A stretch of 64,000 nucleotides of DNA from Anaerolineae bacterium. GTDB lineage: Bacteria; Chloroflexota; Anaerolineae; UBA1429. Each line of letters begins with the position of its first letter. Position 1 is the stretch's first letter. The notes beneath the pieces are model-generated. The model searched no databases. It was not told the DNA's origin and saw only the letters and a program-made list of their open reading frames with translations. The translations under genes were made by a program, and so were the position numbers. Below, piece by piece: positions 48,925 through 58,429 of the stretch. The DNA lies in NCBI GenBank assembly GCA_963675785.1, contig OY776562.1, positions 1,856,001 through 1,920,000 of the forward strand. Direction: 5' to 3'.

Positions 48925-50016
48925 ATGTCAAGCACCGGTGCAGGAGAACCCGTCAGCGATATCAACGAACTGTTGACGCTGGCCCAGCGCATCGAAGCAT
49001 CAGATATCCATCTCAAGGTGGGGCGCCCCCCCATCATGCGTGTATTTGGCGAATTGCACGTGCAATCTCTGTACAAGCCGCTAACGGATGATGATCTCGA
49101 TCGCATTGTCAACTCAATCACCAACCAAGCTCAAAGGCAGCGTTTTGAGGAGCAGCTCGAACTTGACCTCTCTTACGACCTGCCGGGAGTGGCCCGTTTT
49201 CGTGTCAATATTGGCCGAGAAAGGGCGCATACAACCATTGTCATGCGCTTGCTTTCCAATGCAATTCCATCACTTGATTCGTTGCGTCTACCCTCGGTTT
49301 GTAAAGAACTCATCATGAAGCCGCGCGGCTTGATTCTGGTGACGGGGCCAACGGGGAGCGGCAAGTCAACGACATTGGCTTCGCTCATTGACTATCGCAA
49401 TGCCCGACGGGCAGATCGGATCATCACCTGCGAAGACCCGATCGAGTACGTTTTTGAAGACAAGCATTGCCTGATCACCCAACGCGAGCTCGGCGAGGAT
49501 ACGCCCTCGTTCGCTTCTGCGCTCAAGCATGCCCTCCGCCAAGACCCTGATGTAATTCTGGTGGGAGAAATGCGCGACCCGGAGACCATTCAGGCCGCCC
49601 TAACTGCCGCAGAAACCGGACACCTGGTGCTTTCTACGCTGCACACCAATGGCGCAGCTCTTACCGTAGACCGCATCATTGACGTATTCCCCGCTCATCA
49701 GCAGGCACAGATCCGCACGGTGCTTTCCAACATCCTGGTGGCCGTTCTTTCGCAAACACTGGTGCCTTCTGCCGGCGGGCACGGACGAGTGGCCGCAGTA
49801 GAGGTGATGATAGCAAACAGCGCCATAAGCAACCTGATTCGCGAATCGAAAACGCATCAGCTCAACGGCGTCATCGAGACCGGTGCGCGAAATGGCATGA
49901 AAACACTGGATCAGGCTCTGATTGAACTTTATCGGCGTGGTGCCGCCACACTGGAAGATATCTTGGAAAAAGCCAATGATCCCGAACGCGTCCGCGGTCT
50001 AGCCCAACCTCGTTAA
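48925..50016 (+). CDS. pilT: Type IV pilus retraction ATPase PilT
   Basis: ASDIHL, GPTGSGKSTT, EDPIE, LRQDPDVILVGEMRD, AETGHLVLSTLH and AISNLIRE (AIRNLIRE-like). Confidence 0.95.
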   Translation: MSSTGAGEPVSDINELLTLAQRIEASDIHLKVGRPPIMRVFGELHVQSLYKPLTDDDLDRIVNSITNQAQRQRFEEQLELDLSYDLPGVARFRVNIGRERAHTTIVMRLLSNAIPSLDSLRLPSVCKELIMKPRGLILVTGPTGSGKSTTLASLIDYRNARRADRIITCEDPIEYVFEDKHCLITQRELGEDTPSFASALKHALRQDPDVILVGEMRDPETIQAALTAAETGHLVLSTLHTNGAALTVDRIIDVFPAHQQAQIRTVLSNILVAVLSQTLVPSAGGHGRVAAVEVMIANSAISNLIRESKTHQLNGVIETGARNGMKTLDQALIELYRRGAATLEDILEKANDPERVRGLAQPR

Positions 50017-50027
50017 TATTTGCCCTC

Positions 50028-50055
50028 AAAGAGAGGTCTGCGGACCTCTCTTTTT
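50028..50055 (+). terminator. Intrinsic terminator after pilT
   Basis: gagaggtc-tgcg-gacctctc-ttttt. Confidence 0.85.
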
Positions 50056-50202
50056 CTTTGTCCGCATTTCGTTAGTTTCCTTACACAGCTCTTATGTCCC
50101 ATTAATGCAGAGTTTATGAAACAGTTGCATAATTTCCGTTACTATATAGGCATGGTGACAGTAGAGAGCGCCCCCGCTAAAAGATGCATCAAGGAGTGAG
50201 AA

Positions 50203-50565
50203 ATGCGTAACGAGAGAGGTTTTACCCTTATTGAGCTTTTGATCGTGTTGGCTATTCTGGCTATCCTGGTTGGCGTAGTAGCCATGAGCGTTGGTGGCAT
50301 TACAGATACAGCCAATACCCGGGCCATGAGTGCCGAACTTGAGGTTGTGCAAACAGCCATTGACACTTACAAGACCCTTGACGGCACACTGAGCAGCTCT
50401 AACACTATTAGTGCACGTACAACTGCCGCAGTGATCACATCTTCTGACACAGATGCGCCGTTCTACAAATACCTGGATTCTTCGACCAAGTACACATACA
50501 CCTGGACGGCTTGGACTGGCCTAAGTGATACCACAGGCGGTATCGCTTCAAACCCGGATATGTAA
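50203..50565 (+). CDS. pilA: Type IV pilin (probable major pilin)
   Basis: Class III signal MRNERG|FTLIELLIVLAILAIL; AAGGAG RBS; flanked by terminators, so monocistronic. Confidence 0.88.
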   Translation: MRNERGFTLIELLIVLAILAILVGVVAMSVGGITDTANTRAMSAELEVVQTAIDTYKTLDGTLSSSNTISARTTAAVITSSDTDAPFYKYLDSSTKYTYTWTAWTGLSDTTGGIASNPDM

Positions 50566-50607
50566 ACACGGATGAACTAAAGGGTGGCTACGAGCTAAGA
50601 GTATAAC

Positions 50608-50645
50608 AAAAGCAGCTGACTGGATAATCTAGTCAGCTGCTTTTT
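50608..50645. terminator. Bidirectional terminator between pilA and glyA
   Basis: aaaagcagctgactgga-taa-tctagtcagctgctttt. Confidence 0.88.
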
Positions 50646-50664
50646 GTTCCTATCTACCTACTAC

Positions 50665-51909
50665 CTAGTAGATCGGAAATGCCTCGCACAGAGCCAAGGA
50701 CCGCGCTCTAACCTGCTTGGCCGTTTCCTTATCGCCCATGTGCGTCAGAACCTCGACAATCATCTCCGCAATCTGATCCATTTCCGCCGGCCCCATACCC
50801 CGTGTCGTCACGGCAGCCGTTCCTAGGCGAATACCGCTAGTTACCATAGGCGGTTGGGGATCAAAAGGAATCATGTTGTGGTTACAAGCAATGCCAGCCT
50901 CTTCCAAGGCCATTTCAGCATCAATACCCGTAAGGCCCAGCGGCTGCAAATCAAGCATCATCAGATGATTATCCGTCCCGCCAGAGACGAGGCGCATACC
51001 CCTTTGGGTCAGTCCATCCGCCATAGCCGCTGCATTGGTCACAATATTCTGCGCATAAACCATAAACTCGGGTTGAAGGGCCTCATGGAAGGCCACGGCC
51101 TTGGCGGCGATAATGTGCATCAACGGGCCGCCCTGCAAACCAGGAAAGACCGCACGGTCGATCTTGCGAGCATATTTTTTGCGGCAAAGAATCAAGCCAC
51201 CACGTGGCCCGCGCAGCGTCTTGTGAGTGGTGCTGGTTACCACATCGGCATAGGGCACCGGGCTGGGGTGCACACCCGCCGCCACAAGGCCGGCAATGTG
51301 GGCCATATCCACCATCAAATATGCCCCAATAACTTTCGCAATTTCGGCCAGGCGGGGAAAATCAAAGATACGGGCATAGGCGCTGGCCCCAGCTAGGATC
51401 ATTTTGGGATTGACTTCGCAGGCCTGGGCTTCCAGGGCATCGTAATCAATCGTCTCAGTACCAGCGGCAACGCCATAGTGATGGAAATCATAGGTCTTGC
51501 CAGAAAAACTCAGGGCGTGGCCATGGGTAAGATGCCCGCCGTGAGCGAGATCCATAGATAGAATCGTATCGCCCGGCTTGAGCAGCGCCATGTAGGCCGC
51601 CGCGTTTGCCTGAGATCCCGAGTGGGGCTGTACGTTGGCATGTTCAGCTCCAAAAAGCATCTTGGCACGGTCACGGGCGAGATCTTCGGCCACGTCGACA
51701 CAGCAGCAACCGCCATAGTATCTCTTACCCGGATAACCCTCTGCGTATTTGTTTGTCAACATGGAACCTTGTGCCTCAAGCACCGCCTTGCTGACATAGT
51801 TCTCCGAGGCGATGAGCTCGATGGTATCGCGCTGGCGAGCCATCTCATCCTGAATCGTCTGGCAGAGTTCGGGATCGACACTTCTAAGGTCTGCGGCTCT
51901 GTCGGTCAT
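50665..51909 (-). CDS. glyA: Serine hydroxymethyltransferase
   Basis: [41 protein letters not shown] and FPGLQGGP; GGAGG RBS before ATG 51909. Confidence 0.97.
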   Translation of the reverse strand: MTDRAADLRSVDPELCQTIQDEMARQRDTIELIASENYVSKAVLEAQGSMLTNKYAEGYPGKRYYGGCCCVDVAEDLARDRAKMLFGAEHANVQPHSGSQANAAAYMALLKPGDTILSMDLAHGGHLTHGHALSFSGKTYDFHHYGVAAGTETIDYDALEAQACEVNPKMILAGASAYARIFDFPRLAEIAKVIGAYLMVDMAHIAGLVAAGVHPSPVPYADVVTSTTHKTLRGPRGGLILCRKKYARKIDRAVFPGLQGGPLMHIIAAKAVAFHEALQPEFMVYAQNIVTNAAAMADGLTQRGMRLVSGGTDNHLMMLDLQPLGLTGIDAEMALEEAGIACNHNMIPFDPQPPMVTSGIRLGTAAVTTRGMGPAEMDQIAEMIVEVLTHMGDKETAKQVRARSLALCEAFPIY

Positions 51910-51933
51910 AACTTCCTCCAATTCGCAGGAATT

Positions 51934-51963
51934 AAAAACGCTCTATGCCTATTGGCATAGAGC
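51934..51963 (-). terminator. Intrinsic terminator in the glyA 5' leader (putative attenuator)
   Basis: Minus strand gctctatgcc-aata-ggcatagagc-gttttt, ending ~25 nt before the glyA start. Confidence 0.75.
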
Positions 51964-52003
51964 CTCGATGCCCGTGCGGCTGCAGCGCCGCATAGTTAAA
52001 ATG

Positions 52004-52032
52004 ATTATAGGCATTGCCCGGGGCCTGTGCAA
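52004..52032 (-). promoter_or_regulatory. Putative glyA sigma70 promoter
   Basis: Minus strand TTGCAC-N17-TATAAT. Confidence 0.7.
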
Positions 52033-52042
52033 ACCAGACAAA

Positions 52043-53251
52043 TCACCAGCGCCAAAGGGGTTCCTTGCGTACTGGTTCTGATCGGCGATAGTGCTTTTCC
52101 GCAGTGAGCACATAGTAACGGCTATCCTCAAAGAGAATGCGGACAGCACCAAACTGCTCGACAATCATCTCGTCGTACTTTAGAAAGCGGTTTGCGACAA
52201 TGATCAGACGCCCCCGATTGTTCAGCACCCGGAAAGCTCCTTCAATAAAGCCGCGAGCTATGTCGGCATTGCGCACAAAACTGCTATGAAACGGCGGATT
52301 GCTTACCACCAGATCAAAACGCTGGTCTTCTACCGCAGAAACGCCTTCACCGTGAATGACATGAGCGTTGGTAATGCCATTGGCCTGAATGTTCTCGTTA
52401 GCACACTCGCAGGCCAAAGCATCTACATCGATCATGACCACCTCTCCTTGAGGCGCCAGACGAGCGGCATGGAGGCCAATGATACCACAACCGCAACCCA
52501 CATCGAGAATACGGTCGGTCTTGTGCGTTACCAGTTGGTCCAACAAAAGGGCCGTGCCATCATCGAGTTCTTGCCAGGAAAAAACACCCGGACGCGTCCG
52601 CAGCTTGTAGCTTTCAGCACCCACCTCAACGTCATACTCACAGCGCGTATCGGCGAGAACGCCGGGCTCAAGATACGCTTCCGGCCAATCGGCATGAAGA
52701 ACATCAGGCTGAAACTGTACCACACGACAGCCGCGGCGATAGGCCAGCACAATGGCAGAGCCCCATACCGCCTCGGCGTCGCTTACTGCGGTTTTGATGC
52801 CCTGTTTGTTTGCTCCGGCCACGTAAACGCGCCCCGCTGCAGCAAGCGATTGCAGAACACCTGCATACAGCCGCCTCACAAGATCGCGCCCCTTGGGTAT
52901 TTTGAGCAAAACCACGTCCACCTGGCCATGTTCAGGGCCGGGCATCCCCACAATCAGCCGAACATTAGAAACACCTTGCAATGTACGCCGCGCTGCCTCG
53001 CAGGCAATCCACTGAGTATCAAAAGCCGTCACCTGACTGTTGGGGAAACGGCGAGCTACTTCGAGAGCGAGCGCGCCATGGCCCGCCGGATATACCCAGA
53101 TACGAGCACCCTGCTGATGACAAGTCGCGTATTCTGCCAATAGCTCGTCTGGGGGCGTAACCTCTTGCCAATCTGCAAAACCAGGAAATGACACAACTCG
53201 CAAAGGGCCCGATCCCAGATCAAATTGCAACACGTGTTCCGCAAGCGACAC
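52043..53251 (-). CDS. Class I SAM methyltransferase, RsmC/RlmG (MTS) family, two-domain
   Basis: TRPGVFSWQELDDGT, LDVGCGCG and VSNPPFH; degenerate N-terminal MTase domain; GTG 53251 with GGAG RBS. Confidence 0.85.
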   Translation of the reverse strand: MSLAEHVLQFDLGSGPLRVVSFPGFADWQEVTPPDELLAEYATCHQQGARIWVYPAGHGALALEVARRFPNSQVTAFDTQWIACEAARRTLQGVSNVRLIVGMPGPEHGQVDVVLLKIPKGRDLVRRLYAGVLQSLAAAGRVYVAGANKQGIKTAVSDAEAVWGSAIVLAYRRGCRVVQFQPDVLHADWPEAYLEPGVLADTRCEYDVEVGAESYKLRTRPGVFSWQELDDGTALLLDQLVTHKTDRILDVGCGCGIIGLHAARLAPQGEVVMIDVDALACECANENIQANGITNAHVIHGEGVSAVEDQRFDLVVSNPPFHSSFVRNADIARGFIEGAFRVLNNRGRLIIVANRFLKYDEMIVEQFGAVRILFEDSRYYVLTAEKHYRRSEPVRKEPLWRW

Positions 53252-53353
53252 TGACCACACTCCACTCACTAGACACCCACAACGAACAGAGTACAATGCA
53301 GTATATACGTTCCATTCATCCGTGCCTAAACTGGCTAACTAGGAGGTGACCTC

Positions 53354-54760
53354 GTGACCACCTTTGGACTTGTTGTCGGGAATCGCGGCTTTTTCCCCGG
53401 CGAACTCTGTATTCAGGGACGCGAGACCATGATTCGCGTGCTCAAAGAACAGGGTATTGATACCATCTGCCTCAGCCTTGAGGATACGCGTTTCGGTGCT
53501 GTACAAGACTATCAAGAAGCCAAAGTCTGTGCTGAATTGTTCAAGGCTCATGCTGATGAAATCGATGGTATCCTCGTTACCCTGCCTAACTTTGGCGACG
53601 AGCGCACCATCGCTGATTCGATCCGCCTCTCTGGCCTGAACGTCCCTGTGCTCGTGCACGCCTACCCTGACAAGACCGACGCCATGTCGATCTCGACACG
53701 CCGCGATTCGTTCTGCGGCAAGATGTCGGTCTGCAACAACTTGATGCAGTACGGCATCCCCTTTAGCATCACCAGTCAGCACACGATCGATCCTGAATCG
53801 GATTTGTTCCGTGCTGATGTCGACAAGTTCGCGGCTGTGTGTCGCGTGGTCAACGGCCTGCGTAAGGCCCGTTTTGGCCAGGTGGGGGCGCGCCCTGCGG
53901 CCTTTATCACTGTGCGCTATAGCGAAAAACTGCTAGAGCATGCGGGCATTTCAGTTGAAAGTGTTGATCTATCCGAGATTTTCTCCGCCACCAAGCGTCT
54001 GGAAAATGATGATGCAGCCGTAACAACCAAACTGGGCGAAATCAAGGCTTACTTGAATGTCGGCGATACACCCGCCCAGGCGCTCATCAAGATGGCCAAG
54101 TTTGGTGTGGCCCTTGATGCCTTTATCGACGCGCATGACCTGGATGGCACCGCCGTTCAGTGTTGGACATCGATGGAAGAGAACTATGGCGTAGTACCCT
54201 GCACCATCATGAGCATGCTCAGCAACAGCCTGGTGCCCAGCGCTTGCGAGACCGATATTACCGGCCTCATTGGCATGTACGCCATGGTGCTGGCCAGTGG
54301 CAAGCCCTCGGCCTTGCTGGACTGGAACAACAACTTTGGCGACGATCCAGACAAGGGCGTGGTGTTCCATTGCAGCAATCTGCCGCAAGACCTGTTTGGT
54401 GGAGAGGCCGTCATGGACTATCAGGCCATCATCGCCAGTGATGTAGGCAAGGAGAACACCCACGGGACACTCGTCGGACAGATCAAGCCGCGCAAAATCA
54501 CCTACTGCCGCGTCTCTACCGACGATGCCTATGGCACAATCCGAGCCTATCTGGGTGAAGCCGATATCACTGATGACAATGTAGACACCTTCGGTGGTTA
54601 TGGCGTCATCAAAGTGCCTGGGTTCCAAGATCTGTTGGCTTTTATCTGTGAAAATGGCTTTGAGCACCACGTCGCCGTAAACGGTGCCTGCGTAGCCGAT
54701 GCTGTTTATGAAGCCATGACCAAGTATCTTGGCTGGGACGTGTACTACCACAAGGGCTGA
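53354..54760 (+). CDS. L-fucose/L-arabinose isomerase family protein
   Basis: LPNFGDE, RRDSFCGKMSVCNNL, VQCWT, ACETD, HCSN and GFEHH; AGGAGG RBS. Confidence 0.85.
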   Translation: MTTFGLVVGNRGFFPGELCIQGRETMIRVLKEQGIDTICLSLEDTRFGAVQDYQEAKVCAELFKAHADEIDGILVTLPNFGDERTIADSIRLSGLNVPVLVHAYPDKTDAMSISTRRDSFCGKMSVCNNLMQYGIPFSITSQHTIDPESDLFRADVDKFAAVCRVVNGLRKARFGQVGARPAAFITVRYSEKLLEHAGISVESVDLSEIFSATKRLENDDAAVTTKLGEIKAYLNVGDTPAQALIKMAKFGVALDAFIDAHDLDGTAVQCWTSMEENYGVVPCTIMSMLSNSLVPSACETDITGLIGMYAMVLASGKPSALLDWNNNFGDDPDKGVVFHCSNLPQDLFGGEAVMDYQAIIASDVGKENTHGTLVGQIKPRKITYCRVSTDDAYGTIRAYLGEADITDDNVDTFGGYGVIKVPGFQDLLAFICENGFEHHVAVNGACVADAVYEAMTKYLGWDVYYHKG

Positions 54761-54772
54761 TAACAGCCAAAC

Positions 54773-54809
54773 AAAAAAAGACCTGCGGCCAATGGCAGCA
54801 GGTCTTTTT
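54773..54809. terminator. Bidirectional terminator
   Basis: aaaaaaagacctgc-ggccaatggca-gcaggtcttttt. Confidence 0.85.
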
Positions 54810-54847
54810 ATTTGAGCCCGGATTTTTCACCAGGCAAAAAGTGCTTT

Positions 54848-56884
54848 CTAGAACAACGAACCAACGTTGGCGATGATGGGGCCAAACACTGTTGCCACCA
54901 GAGACATCACCGTGATCATGGTGTTCAGTGAAGGACCTGCGGTATCCTTAAAGGGATCACCAACGGTATCACCGATTACAGCAGCGGTATGGGCAGGAGA
55001 GCCCTTGCCACCATGAGCGCCGTCTTCGATGAACTTTTTGGCGTTATCCCACAAACCACCGGCGTTCGCCATAAACTCGGCAAAGATAATGCCTGTCACG
55101 ATCGAACCACCCAAAAAGGCACCCAGAGCCTCGAGACCAAGGACGAATCCTACGATGATCGGCGTAATAACGCTGATGAGACCAGGGCCAACGAGCTCGC
55201 GAAGAGCACCGCGTGTGGCGATATCGACACACTTGGCACTGTCGGGCTTGACTTCACCCTTGAGAATGCCGGGGATGTCGTTAAACTGACGACGAATCTC
55301 GTCAACCATCTTGAAGGCGTTGCGGCCAACAGCCAGAATGGTCATAGCGGAGAACACAGGCGGCATGATGGCGCCGATGAACAAACCGGCCATAACCTGA
55401 GGCTTGGAAATATCCAGACCAACCAGGCCAACCTCTTGCATATAAGAGGAGAACAAGGCCAGCACGGTCAGTGCTGCAGCACCAATAGCAAAGCCCTTGG
55501 TGATGGCCTTGGCGGTGTTTCCAGCAGCATCCAAGCGGTCGCAGACGGCAATAGTCTCTTCGCTCTCGCCACCGGCCTCAGAGCAACCCTTGGCGTTGTC
55601 CACGATAGGGCCATAAGCATCAGCCGAAACGATCATGCCGGAAATGGACAGCATACCCACAGCTGCAATTGAGACACCATAGGTGCCCGCGACGCCAAAA
55701 GCATCGGCCAAAAAGTACGAAGCAACCATGGCGACAACAATGCCCAGAATGGCAGGAACCAGTGAGAGCAAGCCGTAAGAGAAGCCATCCAAAATGAGGA
55801 TAGCAGCTCCCGTATTGGCAGCATTCGCCGTATTCTGCACGGCCGACTGGTCGATGTCAGTGTACTTGTCACTGGTAAAGCCAACCACCACACCGGCAAT
55901 CAAGCCGAACAGCGCAGGCAGATAAATACCCCAGGGGTTGTCGAGGCCCAATGAAAAGACAGCCGGAATAGCAATAATCGCAAAGAGGATGGCCGTGACA
56001 ATGGTACCCGTGTTCAAAGCCTTGCCGGGGTCATTGTCTTCACCAGCACGAACAAAGAACAAACCGACGAGCGAAGCCAACATGCCGGCCGCAGCAAGAA
56101 CGAGCGGCAGCAAGATGTATCGGGGGTTGCCATCAAAGATTTCGGTGCCCAAGAGCATCACAGCAACTACCGAAGCGACAAATGAGTCAAAGATGTCGGC
56201 GCCCATACCAGCGACGTCACCTACGTTGTCACCCACGTTATCAGCGATAACGGCAGGGTTACGCGGATCGTCTTCATCGAGGCCAAACTCGACCTTACCG
56301 ACCAGGTCAGCGCCGATGTCAGCAGTCTTGGTATAGATACCGCCACCGGCCTTGGCCAAAAGGGCCAAAAGGCTGGCGCCAAAGCTAAAGCCCAGCACCA
56401 CAGTGGCACTATCAAACAGCATATAGATGATAGTCATACCAAGAATGGCCACACCGACGACGGAGAAACCCATCACACCACCAGAGAAAAAGGCTACTGG
56501 GAATGCCTTATTCAAGCCATCACGGGCTGCCCAGGCAACTCGAGCATTGGCACGAGTGGCCACGTACATGCCAGCATAGCCAGCGGCTGCGGAACAAAGT
56601 GAGCCGGTGAGAAACGCAAGGGCCATCTGCCAACCAGGAGCCTTGGCATCTGCACTCGAATACGCTACCCAAAGCACGGCGGCCAATACCACGGCCAGGG
56701 TGATAAGCGCCTTGTAGAGCAGCTTGAGGTACGCAGAGGCACCTTCCTGAATGGCCTCACTGAACTCGGCCATTTTCTCGTTCTCGTTCGACTGCCTCAT
56801 GACATACCGGTAAAGGTATACCGCGACGCCTAGGGCAATAACACCCGAGACGAGAGCCACAATCTCCCATGCAGCAATACTCAT
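54848..56884 (-). CDS. hppA: Membrane-bound H+/Na+-translocating pyrophosphatase
   Basis: [52 protein letters not shown] and [14 protein letters not shown]. Confidence 0.96.
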   Translation of the reverse strand: MSIAAWEIVALVSGVIALGVAVYLYRYVMRQSNENEKMAEFSEAIQEGASAYLKLLYKALITLAVVLAAVLWVAYSSADAKAPGWQMALAFLTGSLCSAAAGYAGMYVATRANARVAWAARDGLNKAFPVAFFSGGVMGFSVVGVAILGMTIIYMLFDSATVVLGFSFGASLLALLAKAGGGIYTKTADIGADLVGKVEFGLDEDDPRNPAVIADNVGDNVGDVAGMGADIFDSFVASVVAVMLLGTEIFDGNPRYILLPLVLAAAGMLASLVGLFFVRAGEDNDPGKALNTGTIVTAILFAIIAIPAVFSLGLDNPWGIYLPALFGLIAGVVVGFTSDKYTDIDQSAVQNTANAANTGAAILILDGFSYGLLSLVPAILGIVVAMVASYFLADAFGVAGTYGVSIAAVGMLSISGMIVSADAYGPIVDNAKGCSEAGGESEETIAVCDRLDAAGNTAKAITKGFAIGAAALTVLALFSSYMQEVGLVGLDISKPQVMAGLFIGAIMPPVFSAMTILAVGRNAFKMVDEIRRQFNDIPGILKGEVKPDSAKCVDIATRGALRELVGPGLISVITPIIVGFVLGLEALGAFLGGSIVTGIIFAEFMANAGGLWDNAKKFIEDGAHGGKGSPAHTAAVIGDTVGDPFKDTAGPSLNTMITVMSLVATVFGPIIANVGSLF

Positions 56885-57020
56885 AATCGCCTCCTAAAAC
56901 AAACTAGTAAAACACTCCTGAGAACACAACCCGCATCTCCTGATAGGGTTGCGTTTCCCAAAACACAAAGCCGGTTCGGCACGCAAACACGCCGACAGGC
57001 AAAGGGCCAAACCATCAGCT

Positions 57021-57049
57021 ATGATACATTCGCCGCGATAGCCTGTCAA
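57021..57049 (-). promoter_or_regulatory. Putative hppA promoter
   Basis: Minus strand TTGACA-N17-TATCAT. Confidence 0.65.
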
Positions 57050-57058
57050 AAGCTATCA

Positions 57059-58354
57059 TCACTTGAACAAATCTCTCCAAGCAGCAGCGGCCAAAAACCA
57101 ACATAGCCCGAGTGCAATCCCGGCTGCTGCCAATGCGCCTAAAACTGCCAGAATGACAGGGGCAAGAGCACCAGCTATGAACAATGTTTTCCAAGTACTG
57201 AGCGTATGAACCCCACGAATCACAGTCGCCAATAACAGCGCCGTTAAACCCAGCGCCAGAGGAGCCAAAACACGGATATAATATGCCGGAGGCGCCACTC
57301 TGCCGCCTTGAGCAGCAAAACCCAACAATGGCAGGAGCGTACCCAAGGCTGTAGCCAGGGCCATGCCCACAAGGAGAATGCCAGCATATAACGCGGCATT
57401 CTCCTTTTTTGCGTCAGCAGACATTTTGCGACTGGCACATAATGACAGCAGCACCAGTACTACCGCAATCGCTAACAGCCACCAACCGAAACCGCCACTG
57501 CCATAGCTGTGAGCCGAAATAAGCTGGCCTCCGCGGGCCGCAAAAGTGCAAACAAGCGCCACGGGCCACACCAAGCCCAGACCAATGCGTGCCAACCGCG
57601 ACGATACACCGCCCTGCTGCGCGCCACTTAGCCAAATTAAGGAGGCCGAAAGCGTCAACCAGGCAGAAAGGCTTGCAGTCTCGATAGCATCCCAGCTCCA
57701 AGCAGTGCCCCAGCCCTGGGCGCACTGTGCCCAACACATACCCATCCAAATGGCCGTGCTCAGCAAAAGCCAGGATACCAATCCCACTTTTTTTGCATAG
57801 CCAAATTCGGCAGGGGTAAAACTAGCAGAAAGCGACATGCCGTAAAGCCAGGCCAGGCCGCAATAAGCAATAAACACCAACGGAGGATGGGCGATCAGTA
57901 AGGGGTCTTGCAAAGCAGCCGATAGACCCTGACCATCCAGAGGTGGTGATCCGAGAACATCATACAAGCCCATTGCCAAGCAGGCCGCTGAAAGCAATCC
58001 GCCAAGCGCCAAAAGAATGCGGCTTGAAATAGAATCCACAGCGCGGTCAAGGAAGTTGAGCCAAACCGCCAACAGCGAAGCAAGCCATCCCCACAAGAGT
58101 AGTGAGCCGCTTGCGCCGCTCCAAAGTGCCCCGATACGCAGCCACAAAGGCGCCGACTGCTGTGTGTACTGCACAACATAGGCAAACCGCGTATCTACCC
58201 TGAGCAGGGCAATCGCCATAATACCCAGAGCCACCGATGTGGCCGCCAGTGTGAACAGTCCAAGTGCCCGCCGCATCCTTGCAGCAGGCCATATGGCCCC
58301 ACCAAGACCAACCAAGGTCCCAAAAATCAGTGCTACAGTACCGATCTGCTGCAT
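57059..58354 (-). CDS. CcmF/CcsA-like cytochrome c biogenesis membrane protein (shortened, divergent)
   Basis: FAYVVQY, ALWSGASGSLLLW, DGQGL...LQDP..IAHPP, WGTAWSWDAIE (WWD domain) and SAHSY. Confidence 0.75.
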   Translation of the reverse strand: MQQIGTVALIFGTLVGLGGAIWPAARMRRALGLFTLAATSVALGIMAIALLRVDTRFAYVVQYTQQSAPLWLRIGALWSGASGSLLLWGWLASLLAVWLNFLDRAVDSISSRILLALGGLLSAACLAMGLYDVLGSPPLDGQGLSAALQDPLLIAHPPLVFIAYCGLAWLYGMSLSASFTPAEFGYAKKVGLVSWLLLSTAIWMGMCWAQCAQGWGTAWSWDAIETASLSAWLTLSASLIWLSGAQQGGVSSRLARIGLGLVWPVALVCTFAARGGQLISAHSYGSGGFGWWLLAIAVVLVLLSLCASRKMSADAKKENAALYAGILLVGMALATALGTLLPLLGFAAQGGRVAPPAYYIRVLAPLALGLTALLLATVIRGVHTLSTWKTLFIAGALAPVILAVLGALAAAGIALGLCWFLAAAAWRDLFK

Positions 58355-58429
58355 GCTGTTCCTTGTTCATTGACAGAGCCAGAGGTGAAAACTATACTCT
58401 GGCCTAGACCATACCTCGCAAAGGAGCTC

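Noticed and set aside
51934-52000. ZTP (pfl), THF or glycine riboswitch upstream of glyA
   Set aside because: The leader is too short and lacks the conserved elements I recall for these classes; kept only as an unclassified attenuator candidate.
52286-54751. 285-aa and 260-aa antisense ORFs over the methyltransferase and isomerase
   Set aside because: Shadow frames with no motifs or RBS.
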